Source: Acidobacteriota bacterium (GTDB lineage: Bacteria > Acidobacteriota > CAIWXX01). Taken from it: 64,000 nt of DNA. The position numbers were made by a program, and so were the translations under genes. Below the pieces are notes generated by a model. The model was not told the DNA's origin. It saw nothing but the letters and a program-made list of their open reading frames with translations, and searched no databases. Shown here one piece after another: positions 39,969 to 49,976 of the stretch; position 1 is the first letter of the stretch, and each line of letters opens with the position of its first letter. Location: positions 257,306 to 321,305 of the forward strand of contig JBFMAF010000032.1 of NCBI GenBank assembly GCA_040755995.1, written 5' to 3'.

Positions 39969-41081
39969 ATGAAGAGCGACCTTCCGGCTGCCTGGTCACC
40001 CGCCAGGCGGACTCAGGGGACCCGGGCGCTCGTCATCGTCATCGCGATTCTGGCCGTCTCCGCGCTGCACTACTTCACGCCCGTCCATCACCCGCTGCTC
40101 CACCAGGTCTATCAGCGGCTATATTATCTGCCGGTCGTTGCGGCGGCGCTATGGTTCGGCCTGCGCGGCGGGATCGGAGCCAGCCTGCTCAGCGTCGCGC
40201 TCTACATTCCGCACATCTTCCACGCGTGGTCCGGAGACAGGAGCTACACCTGGAATCAGTACGGTGAGACGGTTATCATCATACTCGTGGGCACGCTCAC
40301 GGGTGCACTGTCGTCGCTGGAGAGCCGGCAGCGGCGCAAGCTCGAACGGGCCATGGACGACCTGGCCGCAGCCTACGCGCGCCTCCAGCGCGCGTTCGGC
40401 GAGCTGCAGAAACGCGAGAGCATGACGATGCTGGGGAAGCTCGCGGCTGGACTCGCCCACGAGATACACAATCCCCTCGGCAGCATCCGGGGCGCAGTGG
40501 AAATCATCGAGGGAGGCGGAGAGGAGGCCCGGCGGGAGTTCATCGGGATCGTGAAGAAGGAGCTGGATCGGCTGCAGACGATGCTCCGCGACTTCCTCGA
40601 CTTCGCACGCCCGAGACCTCTGCAGTTCCAGGTGAACAACATCAACCAAATCCTGCAGAGCCTGGTACGCCTGGTTCGGCCGCGCGCCGAATCCGCGGGT
40701 GTCGAGATAGAGGAACGCTACGGGCAGGTCCGCGACGCTAATGTCGACTCCGAACAGCTGAAGGCGGCCATCATGAACGTAGTCTTGAACGGCGTCGAAG
40801 CCATGCCGAACGGGGGAAAGCTGTCAGTCGAGACGACGGCCACCGCGGATCGCCTCCGCATCCGCGTTCTCGACCACGGGCAGGGCATCTCAGAGGACAA
40901 TCGGGCGAGGCTCTTCGAGCCGTTCTTCTCTACCAAGAAGAACGGAACCGGCCTTGGGCTGGCGATCGCCGAACAGACCGTCAGGAACCACGGAGGAAGA
41001 TTGCAGCTGGAGTCCACGGGGCCTTCAGGGAGCGTCTTCGAGATCGAGCTGCCCGTCACACCGCGTACCTCCGCCGGGTAG
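39969..41081 (+). CDS. Membrane sensor histidine kinase
   Basis: Multi-TM input domain with a His-rich first loop; AHEIHNPL H-box; N, G1, F and G2 boxes. Confidence 0.93.
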   Translation: MKSDLPAAWSPARRTQGTRALVIVIAILAVSALHYFTPVHHPLLHQVYQRLYYLPVVAAALWFGLRGGIGASLLSVALYIPHIFHAWSGDRSYTWNQYGETVIIILVGTLTGALSSLESRQRRKLERAMDDLAAAYARLQRAFGELQKRESMTMLGKLAAGLAHEIHNPLGSIRGAVEIIEGGGEEARREFIGIVKKELDRLQTMLRDFLDFARPRPLQFQVNNINQILQSLVRLVRPRAESAGVEIEERYGQVRDANVDSEQLKAAIMNVVLNGVEAMPNGGKLSVETTATADRLRIRVLDHGQGISEDNRARLFEPFFSTKKNGTGLGLAIAEQTVRNHGGRLQLESTGPSGSVFEIELPVTPRTSAG

Positions 41082-41103
41082 AATCGGGGATGAGGGAGGC
41101 AAC

Positions 41104-42516
41104 ATGAGCCGGGACAGAGCAGAGCGCACCAAGATACTCCTGGTCGAAGATGACGACAGCATGCGCCGCGTCATCGAGTTCCACCTGAGTGAAGCCGGCT
41201 ACGACGTGTCGGGCGTGTCCGGGTTCGCCACGGCTCAGGATGCGCTCCCGGCCTCCGAGTTCAGTCTGCTGATCACCGACCTGCAGCTGGGGGATGGGAG
41301 CGGTCTGGAGCTTCTCCGCATCGCCGGGGCGACCGTGCCCGCGATCATCATCACTGCGTTCGCCACGGTGGAATCGGCCGTCGACGCGATGAAGATGGGC
41401 GCCAGCGATTATCTGATCAAACCGTTCGGCAAGGAACAGCTATTGATATCGGTGCAGAAGGCGCTCCGCTACAGCGCACTCCTTGCCGAGAACCGCCGCC
41501 TCCGGCTGCTCCTCGAATCCGACTTCGACAACGCGGGCATGCTCGGCACATCCGCGGTGATGCGCGATCTCTTTCGCGATGCGCTCCAGGCCGCCGCCAG
41601 CGATTCGACAATTCTGATCACGGGGGAGAGCGGCACCGGAAAGGAGCTGCTGGCCCGCGCCATTCACCTGAACAGCCCGCGCCGCGACGCTCCTTTCATC
41701 CCCGTGAGCTGCGCAGCCGTTCCGGAGAACCTGGTCGAGGCCGAGTTCTTCGGCTTCAAGAAGGGCGCTTTCACCGGAGCCGTGATGGACAAGCGCGGCA
41801 AGTTCGAGGAAGCCGATGGCGGCACGGTGTTCTTGGACGAAATCGGCGACATCCCCCCGTCGCTGCAGGTGAAGCTGCTGCGGCTGCTTCAGGAGCGCGA
41901 GATACAGAAAATCGGCGAGGCGAAGCCGCGCAAGGTGGACGTCCGAATCCTGGCGGCAACTAACAGGGACCTTGCGAAGCTGGTTGCCGAGAACGTGTTC
42001 CGCGAGGATCTATTCTACAGGCTCGCGGTCATCCCGCTCTGTGTGCAGCCGCTGCGCTACCGCAGGGACGACATCCCCGCGCTCGTCGATCATTTCCTGC
42101 GACGGAGCTGCGAGCGACTTGGACGCCCGCTGATCGCGATCGAGCCCGACGCCATGCGACTGCTGGAAGCGTATCGCTGGCCCGGCAACGTCCGCGAGCT
42201 GGAGAACAACATGGAGCGCCTGGTCGTGATGAATCGAACAGGGAGGGTGGCAGCGGAGGATCTGGCGGAGCAGATACGCGAGCCGGCCGCGGCAGCGCCG
42301 AGGCCGGTTTCACCCGGCGCGCCGCGAGGCGCTCTGCCGTTCGCCCTGCCGGCAGAGGGACTCCCGTTCGAGGAGCTTGAGCGCAGCGTGCTTCTTGCCG
42401 CCTTGGAGAAGCACGACTGGAACCAGAGCCAGGCAGCGCGCTACCTCGGGCTCACCCGCAACACGCTCCTCTACCGCATGCAGAAGTTCGGACTGAAGAA
42501 GCGCCAGCCGGCCTGA
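41104..42516 (+). CDS. Sigma54-dependent response regulator (NtrC/AtoC family)
   Basis: Receiver domain, GESGTGKEL, GAFTGA, WPGNVRELEN and a Fis HTH. Confidence 0.95.
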   Translation: MSRDRAERTKILLVEDDDSMRRVIEFHLSEAGYDVSGVSGFATAQDALPASEFSLLITDLQLGDGSGLELLRIAGATVPAIIITAFATVESAVDAMKMGASDYLIKPFGKEQLLISVQKALRYSALLAENRRLRLLLESDFDNAGMLGTSAVMRDLFRDALQAAASDSTILITGESGTGKELLARAIHLNSPRRDAPFIPVSCAAVPENLVEAEFFGFKKGAFTGAVMDKRGKFEEADGGTVFLDEIGDIPPSLQVKLLRLLQEREIQKIGEAKPRKVDVRILAATNRDLAKLVAENVFREDLFYRLAVIPLCVQPLRYRRDDIPALVDHFLRRSCERLGRPLIAIEPDAMRLLEAYRWPGNVRELENNMERLVVMNRTGRVAAEDLAEQIREPAAAAPRPVSPGAPRGALPFALPAEGLPFEELERSVLLAALEKHDWNQSQAARYLGLTRNTLLYRMQKFGLKKRQPA

Positions 42517-42686
42517 GGCGGAGAACATGAGTTCTCGTGGAGGCGCTGTGGATGACACACCGAGCTGCTCAGCATCGGGCCGTTTCACCCCGCGCTACAT
42601 GAGTCCGAGACGCGGCATTCTCATTCCGCCATGGACCAGTTGCGGCCCGGGCTCACGTTGACCGAAGCCCAGAAGGAGGGGTCGAC

Positions 42687-44726
42687 ATGAAGCAGCTATA
42701 CAATCTCTTCATCGCGCTGATGTTCGGGATCTGGATGATCGCAGGCTCCGAGCCGGCCGACGCTATGCGGGACGTCGCTGATTGTGCCGAGTGGTTTTCC
42801 GTGACGGCGACCTCGATGGACGGGTCCACCTGCCGCGCCAGCTCCGAGTCATGGACCAAGATCGGTCCAGAATCCGGGTACATCATCGACATTATGGTCG
42901 ACCCGGGGAATGCCGGAATTGTCTACGCCTCTGCGGGTCAGGGCGGGGTGTTCAAGAGCACAAACGGCGGAGGCGACTGGATGCCGGCGATCGCTGGTCT
43001 GCCGGACACGAACCTTGCGACGGTCTGGGCGGTCCTGCCGGACGGGGCCGGCTCGGTCTATGCAGCGACGCGCGGCAAGGGTGTCTACAAGAGCACGGAT
43101 GGCGGCGGCAGGTGGAGGCCTGTCAACAAAGGACTTGTGGGCAAGGACGTCCTGTCACTCGTAGCCAGCCCCGAGGCTTCGAGCACCATCTATGCAGCGA
43201 CTTCGGGAAAGGGCGTGATGAAGAGCACGAATGGAGGGGCGAATTGGAGCGCCGTCAACACTGGGCTGCCGGCCCAGGCCGTTGCTGTGATCCTTGTCGC
43301 CGATCGAGCGAATCCCGCAACAATATACGCCGCGCTTCCATCAGATGGCGTCTACAAGACGGTGAACGCCGGGCAGTCATGGACGGCCGTGAACACCGGC
43401 CTGCGCGAGTCGCACGATCTTCGCGCCCTGGCTATCTCACGCAGCTCCCCGTCAACTCTCTACGCCAACGACCTTACCGGGGTGTACAGGACTACCAACG
43501 GTGGGCAGCTCTGGTCGGCGACGTCGTACGCGTACCGGAACTACATCAACGACCTTGCGGTCGACGCGGAATCTCCGGAGATCATCTATGTCGCCGCCTC
43601 TGACGGTGTTTACAAGAGCACGGACGGCGGGGATACCTGGAGTGCGATCAGGAAGGGCCTCACCGTGCCGACGGCGCAGGCTCTGGCACACGACCCCACC
43701 GAGCCGTCGACGCTATATGTCGGAACCGAAGGAGGTGTCTTCAAGAGCACCAACAGCGGCTCGATCTGGAAGGAGGCCAACCGCGGACTCGAAGCAGCCC
43801 TGATAAGGGCGGTTGCACCGGATCCATCATCGAGCGGCACTGTGTACGTGGGGACGGCCGGCGGGGGGATATTCAAGACCACCGATAGCGGTGCAGCGTG
43901 GGCGATCAAGAACAACGGCTTGAAGAAGATCATGGCGCAGTACGACTACTCCCTGGCAGTCGACCCGTCCTCTCCGCAGATCGTCTACGCAGGCACATAC
44001 GGGGTGGGCATGTTCAAGAGCACGAACGGCGGAGGCAAATGGAAGGCGGTGAACAACGGCTTGGGCGATCCCCAATGGGCAAGCCGCGTCATCGCAATTG
44101 CCATTGACCCGGTTCACCCATCCACGCTGTATGCCGGGCAGGAGTCTGTCGGCGTATTCAAGAGCACGGATGCTGGTGCGAGCTGGGTTGCAGCGAACAC
44201 CGGCCTCACCGAGACAAAGGTAAGAGGCCTTTGCGTCGATCCGATCAGTCCCAGCACGGTCTACGCGGCGATCTATTCGGGAGGCGTATTCAAGAGCACC
44301 AACGGCGGGGGAAGCTGGTACGCCGCCAGCGACGGGCTGGTCTCGCTCAATTTCTCGGGCATGGCGATCAATCCGGCGTCGCCCGCGACGGTCTACGTGT
44401 ATACGTGGGACTCGGGCGTATTCAAGACCACAAACGGCGGGACGAACTGGAATGCTGCCAACACGGGCCTGACGAGCGCGGCCGCGCGCGATGTCCGATG
44501 CATGGCGATCAATCCGGCAACACCCAGCACCGTATATGTCGGTACCTACGGCGCCGGAGTCTTCAGGAGTACCGACGGCGGCGCAAAGTGGACCGCCCTC
44601 AACGCGGGGCTGGGAGTCAAGTACGTGCGGGCAATCGCCGTCGATCCGGTCACCTCTGAACTGGTCTACGCCGGGACCAACGGCCAGGGCGTCTACAAGC
44701 TGGGTCCGCCGGGGCGGCTGCGATAG
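42687..44726 (+). CDS. Secreted BNR/Asp-box (VPS10-like) repeat beta-propeller protein
   Basis: About 13 repeats of GVFKSTxGGxxWxxxNxGL...AVDP...TVYA. Confidence 0.88.
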   Translation: MKQLYNLFIALMFGIWMIAGSEPADAMRDVADCAEWFSVTATSMDGSTCRASSESWTKIGPESGYIIDIMVDPGNAGIVYASAGQGGVFKSTNGGGDWMPAIAGLPDTNLATVWAVLPDGAGSVYAATRGKGVYKSTDGGGRWRPVNKGLVGKDVLSLVASPEASSTIYAATSGKGVMKSTNGGANWSAVNTGLPAQAVAVILVADRANPATIYAALPSDGVYKTVNAGQSWTAVNTGLRESHDLRALAISRSSPSTLYANDLTGVYRTTNGGQLWSATSYAYRNYINDLAVDAESPEIIYVAASDGVYKSTDGGDTWSAIRKGLTVPTAQALAHDPTEPSTLYVGTEGGVFKSTNSGSIWKEANRGLEAALIRAVAPDPSSSGTVYVGTAGGGIFKTTDSGAAWAIKNNGLKKIMAQYDYSLAVDPSSPQIVYAGTYGVGMFKSTNGGGKWKAVNNGLGDPQWASRVIAIAIDPVHPSTLYAGQESVGVFKSTDAGASWVAANTGLTETKVRGLCVDPISPSTVYAAIYSGGVFKSTNGGGSWYAASDGLVSLNFSGMAINPASPATVYVYTWDSGVFKTTNGGTNWNAANTGLTSAAARDVRCMAINPATPSTVYVGTYGAGVFRSTDGGAKWTALNAGLGVKYVRAIAVDPVTSELVYAGTNGQGVYKLGPPGRLR

Positions 44727-44956
44727 CGGTGCGGCTCCCGCCGTACTACTCGCACGCCTGCTTCGTCATCTGAAAATCGACGGCCCGCGCGGGTTGGCCG
44801 TTGGCGCCTTGTATGCTAGATTGGATCGAAGACGATTGTTTAGGCAGGCAGGAGGGACGGCTCGGTGAATGGGACTCTTGGCGAGACCAGAGAGAGCCAC
44901 GATGCGCCCAACGAACACCTGGCGCTCCCGAAGAATCTCCGCCTGGCTTCCAGGTG

Positions 44957-45730
44957 ATGGCGAACGAACAATCGAACGTCAGACGCTTTTTCAAGCGCTC
45001 TGAGCTGCTCGTACAGATCGTGCGGCGAGTTCGGCGCCGGTACCGGCGGATCAGAGGTGTCGTGAGACGAGGCGGGCAGACCAGACGGTACCTTCGGGAG
45101 CTCTCCGTGCGGAAGCTCCAGCTCGGCGCCGGGCGCAACCTCCTCGACGGCTGGCTCAACACCGATTTCAACCCGACCACCCCGGCACACGTCTATGTCG
45201 ACGCGAGGGATCCGCTTCCGTTCGGCGACCGCATATTCGACTATATCTTCACCGAGCACCTGATCGAGCACCTCTCGTTCGATCACGGTGCCCGGATGCT
45301 CGCGGAGTGCCGGCGCGTATTGCGACCAGGCGGTTGGCTCCGCGTGGCGACACCCGATCTGGGAGCGCTCATCGGGCTCTACGGGCCGCACAAGACCGAC
45401 ATGCAACTCCGCTACGTGAGATGGATCGCGGACAACTTCCTACCGGCTGGCGACGGTCCCCACGAGGTGTTCGTCATCAACAATGCCTTTCATAACTATG
45501 GCCACAAGTTCCTCTATGATTTCTCTGCCCTGCGATACTCCCTGGAAAAGGCAGGTTTCGTCTCGATCAAGAGATGCGTTCCTGGGGAGAGCGACGACGT
45601 AGCGCTTCGCGGCATCGAGTCGCACGGCAGGGACGTGGGCGACGAGGAGATGAACCGATTCGAGACGATGGTTGTGGAGGCCAGACGCCCGGCCGAGCAG
45701 GCAGCCCCAGCGCCACACAGCGCTTCATGA
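44957..45730 (+). CDS. Class I SAM-dependent methyltransferase
   Basis: KLQLGAG..GWLNTD, EHLIEHL and RVLRPGGWLRVATPD. Confidence 0.85.
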   Translation: MANEQSNVRRFFKRSELLVQIVRRVRRRYRRIRGVVRRGGQTRRYLRELSVRKLQLGAGRNLLDGWLNTDFNPTTPAHVYVDARDPLPFGDRIFDYIFTEHLIEHLSFDHGARMLAECRRVLRPGGWLRVATPDLGALIGLYGPHKTDMQLRYVRWIADNFLPAGDGPHEVFVINNAFHNYGHKFLYDFSALRYSLEKAGFVSIKRCVPGESDDVALRGIESHGRDVGDEEMNRFETMVVEARRPAEQAAPAPHSAS

Positions 45731-45744
45731 GTCCACAACAGGTT

Positions 45745-46698
45745 TCAACGTGTCGACGTGGCCCGTGACGCTGCTTGGACGGCTCCCCTGGCCGCCATGA
45801 GCGCGCGCAGGTTGCGGCCCAACACGTCTCCCATGGCAGGTTGGCCGAGCCATGCCAGCTTGTGACGGATCCCAGTCTCGGGACCATAGCCATCCGGCGC
45901 CGACTCTCCGAGGAGCGAGCGCGTGTCGGCTGCGGAGAAGCTCAGCGCAGTCCTCTCGATTGGCAGCTCCGGGTTGGCCGGGCAGATGCGCTGGCACAGC
46001 AGGCAGCCGATCATGCAGTGATGCGAGGACCCAGGGAGTCCGGCGGGCCATTCGCCGGCATTCTCGTTGAGATGCGTCAGACAGCGCTCGCCGTGCAAGA
46101 GCACACGATCGTCGCCGATGGCGCCGGTCGGACACGCCGCGAGGCACGCCGCGCAATTCTCGCACTCGGCCAGAAGCTCCGGCTCGCACGGGCTCCAACC
46201 CTGCGGGACCGGCAGCCGGGCGCCGGTCAGGTACCCGCAGAGTTGCATGTAACTGCCGAAGTCCTCGGCGTATGCAATGTTATTGCGGCCGTACCGGACG
46301 AGTCCGAGCCGCGCCGCAACCGCTTTCAGCGGCCAGACGAAATGCTCGACCCGCGCGCCAGCCAGGCCGCTGGTCTCCAGATCCTGGCGTACCTCCTCGA
46401 AGGTCTGCCGATACCGGAAATATGTCGGCGGCAGCAGCGCCTCGAAGCGCGCACCGTCCACTTCGAAACCAATCAGGTGCGCGGGACGCGGCATCGACAC
46501 GACAACCACCGTCCCGCAGTCCCGCAACGGCTCACCCCTGGCAAGCGCCTGCAGCTCGCCCCGGTAGAATTCCTCATCCAGCTCGGCCGAAGCGTGCCTC
46601 CGGGCGATCTCCGCCCGCGCCTCCTGCACCACCTCCGCCGGCCCCCACGCCACACTGTAGCCGCGCTCACGCGCCCACCGCAGCAATGCGTCGATCAT
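45745..46698 (-). CDS. QueG/reductive dehalogenase-like 2x[4Fe-4S] protein
   Basis: LKAVAARLGLVRYGRNNI..FGS, CENCAACLAACPTGAI, RCLT and GCLLCQRICP. Confidence 0.8.
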   Translation of the reverse strand: MIDALLRWARERGYSVAWGPAEVVQEARAEIARRHASAELDEEFYRGELQALARGEPLRDCGTVVVVSMPRPAHLIGFEVDGARFEALLPPTYFRYRQTFEEVRQDLETSGLAGARVEHFVWPLKAVAARLGLVRYGRNNIAYAEDFGSYMQLCGYLTGARLPVPQGWSPCEPELLAECENCAACLAACPTGAIGDDRVLLHGERCLTHLNENAGEWPAGLPGSSHHCMIGCLLCQRICPANPELPIERTALSFSAADTRSLLGESAPDGYGPETGIRHKLAWLGQPAMGDVLGRNLRALMAARGAVQAASRATSTR

Positions 46699-46810
46699 GA
46701 CTGCCTCCTTGCACAAGTCGTTTGTAACGCCCTATTCAGGTGAACGGTCATTACATCTTTACAATAGTGCAATTCTGTGAAATAGTCAAGGGGGACGATT
46801 GGTAATTACG

Positions 46811-47377
46811 ATGAGTGATCCGCTCTGGGCCGACCTGCTGAATTCGGACTGGCACGACCATCTGGGCAGCGGCAGGCGGGAGGAGCGTCTGGAGAACGAC
46901 GCGTGGCTGTCGGCCTTTCTGGCGCGGATGGCGTGGAAGGGACCGTTGCCGTCCGCGAGGGAACGGGGCCGCCTGCGGCGCCTCCGCGTGCTGCTGTGCC
47001 GCATCGTCGAGGCAGTGCGTGCGGGCGGAAGGGTGGATGCTAAGGACATCGCATTGCTCAACGGCGCCCTCGCCGAGTCTCCGCTTGCCCGACGCATCGA
47101 GCGAACGCGCGGTGGATGGTCGATCACGACCGCGCCCGTTTCAGGCGGCATCGACGGTGTGGTCGCGGAGCTGGCTAGCTCGTTCGCGTCGATGCTCGCC
47201 GACGGAGACCCGTCGCGCATCAGGATCTGCGCCAACCGCGACTGCAATTGGGTGTTCTACGACTGGAGCCGGAACCGCACACGGCGGTGGTGCAACGCGG
47301 CCGAGTGCGGCAACCTGATAAAGGTGAGGCGCTTCCGCGAACGCCACCGCGCCCGGCGGAAGCTCCCCGTGCGGTGA
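46811..47377 (+). CDS. ABATE/CGNR zinc-finger protein
   Basis: DLLNS; RIRICANRDCNWVFYDWSRNRTRRWC...CGNLIKVRRFR. Confidence 0.9.
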   Translation: MSDPLWADLLNSDWHDHLGSGRREERLENDAWLSAFLARMAWKGPLPSARERGRLRRLRVLLCRIVEAVRAGGRVDAKDIALLNGALAESPLARRIERTRGGWSITTAPVSGGIDGVVAELASSFASMLADGDPSRIRICANRDCNWVFYDWSRNRTRRWCNAAECGNLIKVRRFRERHRARRKLPVR

Positions 47378-47609
47378 GGCGCGGCCCGATGGCGGTCGGG
47401 CGGACTCAGTGCACGCCGGGACGAGCATAACTGCCACTCGGCATCTCGTCCCGCAGATGCGCCGGCTCATCCCACCCGGCGAAACTACCACCGGGAGGAC
47501 CGCGTATCCGCCAGACGTGAAAAGCGACTCTCTTTCGCGCACGATCGGCAGGATGCGTCGGACCGCGCGAGCGAGTCGCCCCGGGTCAATAGACTTCGCA
47601 GGAGACACC

Positions 47610-48122
47610 ATGACAAAGACCAGGATGTGTTGGGAAGCCATCGCGACTCTGTGCATGCTGACACTGCTGTTCGCTGCCTCGTCGATATCAGCTGGCGGAG
47701 ATCGGGCTGCGCTCGCCAAAGAAATCAGCCAGGCCGTCCGTGACTACATTGAGTTCATCGACGCCGGGGATCTCGATCGGCAGATGAGCTTCTGGAGTAC
47801 GGACCCCGAAGCCACCTCGGTTATCATGGGTGAGATCTGGACAGGCGTGGCGAACATTCGAGTCCGATCCGCCGAGTACGTCCCGGTGTCGAAGGTCATG
47901 CGGAATGAACTGGGCGAGATCCGGGTCGTGGCTCTCGGTGCGGACACCGCCCTTGCCGTCGTGCCGTACCGTTCAGTCCGCCGCAACCCCGCGGACGAGA
48001 GGCTCAAGCCGTTCGAGCTTGACTCCATGCTTACCTTGGTCTGGAAGCGAACGCCCGAGGGCTGGCGAATCATCCACGAGCACGTCAGCGTCAAGGTCCC
48101 GCCTCCGGCCGTCACGCAGTAA
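47610..48122 (+). CDS. Secreted SnoaL/NTF2-like (DUF4440) protein
   Basis: Signal peptide and TLVWKRTPEGWRIIHEHVS; GGAG RBS. Confidence 0.8.
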   Translation: MTKTRMCWEAIATLCMLTLLFAASSISAGGDRAALAKEISQAVRDYIEFIDAGDLDRQMSFWSTDPEATSVIMGEIWTGVANIRVRSAEYVPVSKVMRNELGEIRVVALGADTALAVVPYRSVRRNPADERLKPFELDSMLTLVWKRTPEGWRIIHEHVSVKVPPPAVTQ

Positions 48123-48194
48123 TGTCGAGCGAACCAGCCGTCGCGATCAGTCCACGCGATGAGGCTTCGAGGTCCTGGACGCTCGCGATCCCGA

Positions 48195-49925
48195 TCACCT
48201 CGCGGCGCCGACCTGGTAGATCTCGATCGTGGGATTCAGGATGACATCGTTGCCGTCGAACACCGCGAGCCGCCGCGCGTCCAGCCTGCGCAGCAGGCGA
48301 TCGTAGCGTGCCTCGTTCTCCAGGTTGCGGGTGTAAATGGATCTGCTGAGCAGCAGGTACCGGAGGTCGACCCTGAGAAGATCGCTGGCCGTCGTGTCGA
48401 CTGCCCGATTCCTCCGGATGGCCCTGGTATACCTCTGCGGCAGGAACGGCGTCCTCTCTTCCAGAAGGATCGCTGCGCCCGCGTCGATATTTGCATCGAT
48501 CCAGGCGCGCGCCTGCGCCGGCGCCGAGGGGGCTCTGTAGTGATGTAGCCACCTGATCTGGCTGCGGACGGGCGAGAAGAAGAACAGCGACATGCTCGCG
48601 ACCCAGATGCCGATCGATGCCTTTCTGGGCAGCCACTGGGAGATGGCCCCCATTACGCGCACGAGACCGTGCGCCGCCAGCAACGCGTAGATCGGCACCG
48701 CCGGCCCCATATAGCGACCGAAGCCGCTCGGATAGGCGCCTACGAAACCGAGGTGCAGGAACACGAAGCCGAAGAGTAGCAGGCGCCTGGTATGGAATGC
48801 TGCGATGTCAGCGAGGGCACATGCTGTGAAGAACAGCCCTGCCGCATATCCGAATCCGTGTACCAATCCTCCGGCATATTGTAGTGCAGTGGTTCCCCCG
48901 GTCGACCCGATGCCCCAACCGACATTGGCTACCGCCATGTGAATGCGCTCGCCGAATTGAGTGGCGAAGGTGCCGAGATCCAAGAGCGCATATGGGGACA
49001 CGGCGAAGAACCCGGCGGTCGTGGCCGCCAACGCACAAGCTGCCAGCACGATGCGCTGCTTGCGCGCTCCGAGAAGCGCGCCCGCCACGACGACGGGCAC
49101 GAGACTGGCGCAATAGTACATCGTGGACACCGCCAGTCCAGCCAGCGCGCCCGCCGCAAGGATGAGGTACGTCGAGCCCAGGTCGACGAATTCGAGAAGG
49201 GCCCAGAGCGCCAGTGCGACGAGGAGCGGGGCGATGCTGTGGAAGCTGGCGAGGCGCCCTTCGGCGACGGACACCGGAGACAGGGCGATCAGGAGGGCTC
49301 CGATCGCCGCAGCGCCTTTCGTCGCGACTCTCCTGCCGATCGCATACACCACCGGCACGGTGGCCGCGCTGGAGACTGCGGACAGCAGGCGCGCGTAGTA
49401 GTACGGGACGTATGACGGCAGGTCGCCGAAGTGCGCGCAAACGCCCGCACCGGCCTCGCGGAAGTAGCCGATCAGCAGGGTCAGCGCGGCAAGGTAGTAG
49501 CCGAAGGAAGGGTAGTGGAAGAAATGAGGATTCAGATCGCCCGTGGTGATGATTCGAGTCGCAGGATAGACAACCGCCTCCTCGTCGACCCCAGTGCAGA
49601 ACGGAAGCCCGAAGTAGAGGCCTGCGCGGCGCACGGCGAAGGCCAGAACGGTCAGTGCACCGAGCAGACATACCTCCCAGTACCTGCGCCAGATCTCGTG
49701 GAGCTGCCTCGATGTGAAGCGATAGCGCCACCAGAGCGCCACGGACACAAGCGCGGATGAGAGCACGAGGTCAAGCCATCGAGGCGCCCAGAAAAAGAGC
49801 GCAGAGTGGCGCAGCACCAACGCGCTGATCAGGTTCAAGATCGCGGCTGCGGCCCGCCAGCCAGGTCCACCACTCGATGTGATCACAGGGCTGCCATGAT
49901 AGCACGCACTGGCAGCGCAATCCAC
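48195..49925 (-). CDS. GT-C fold membrane glycosyltransferase (PMT/ArnT-like; start uncertain)
   Basis: Multi-TM protein; DE motif (GVDEE), GDLNPHFFHYPS, ARLLSA and GLAVSTMY. Confidence 0.8.
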   Translation of the reverse strand: MDCAASACYHGSPVITSSGGPGWRAAAAILNLISALVLRHSALFFWAPRWLDLVLSSALVSVALWWRYRFTSRQLHEIWRRYWEVCLLGALTVLAFAVRRAGLYFGLPFCTGVDEEAVVYPATRIITTGDLNPHFFHYPSFGYYLAALTLLIGYFREAGAGVCAHFGDLPSYVPYYYARLLSAVSSAATVPVVYAIGRRVATKGAAAIGALLIALSPVSVAEGRLASFHSIAPLLVALALWALLEFVDLGSTYLILAAGALAGLAVSTMYYCASLVPVVVAGALLGARKQRIVLAACALAATTAGFFAVSPYALLDLGTFATQFGERIHMAVANVGWGIGSTGGTTALQYAGGLVHGFGYAAGLFFTACALADIAAFHTRRLLLFGFVFLHLGFVGAYPSGFGRYMGPAVPIYALLAAHGLVRVMGAISQWLPRKASIGIWVASMSLFFFSPVRSQIRWLHHYRAPSAPAQARAWIDANIDAGAAILLEERTPFLPQRYTRAIRRNRAVDTTASDLLRVDLRYLLLSRSIYTRNLENEARYDRLLRRLDARRLAVFDGNDVILNPTIEIYQVGAAR

Positions 49926-49976
49926 GCATCGAGCGAGCTTGCGTTCGCGTGTGCGCGGGAGCCAGCCGTCCCGGTT

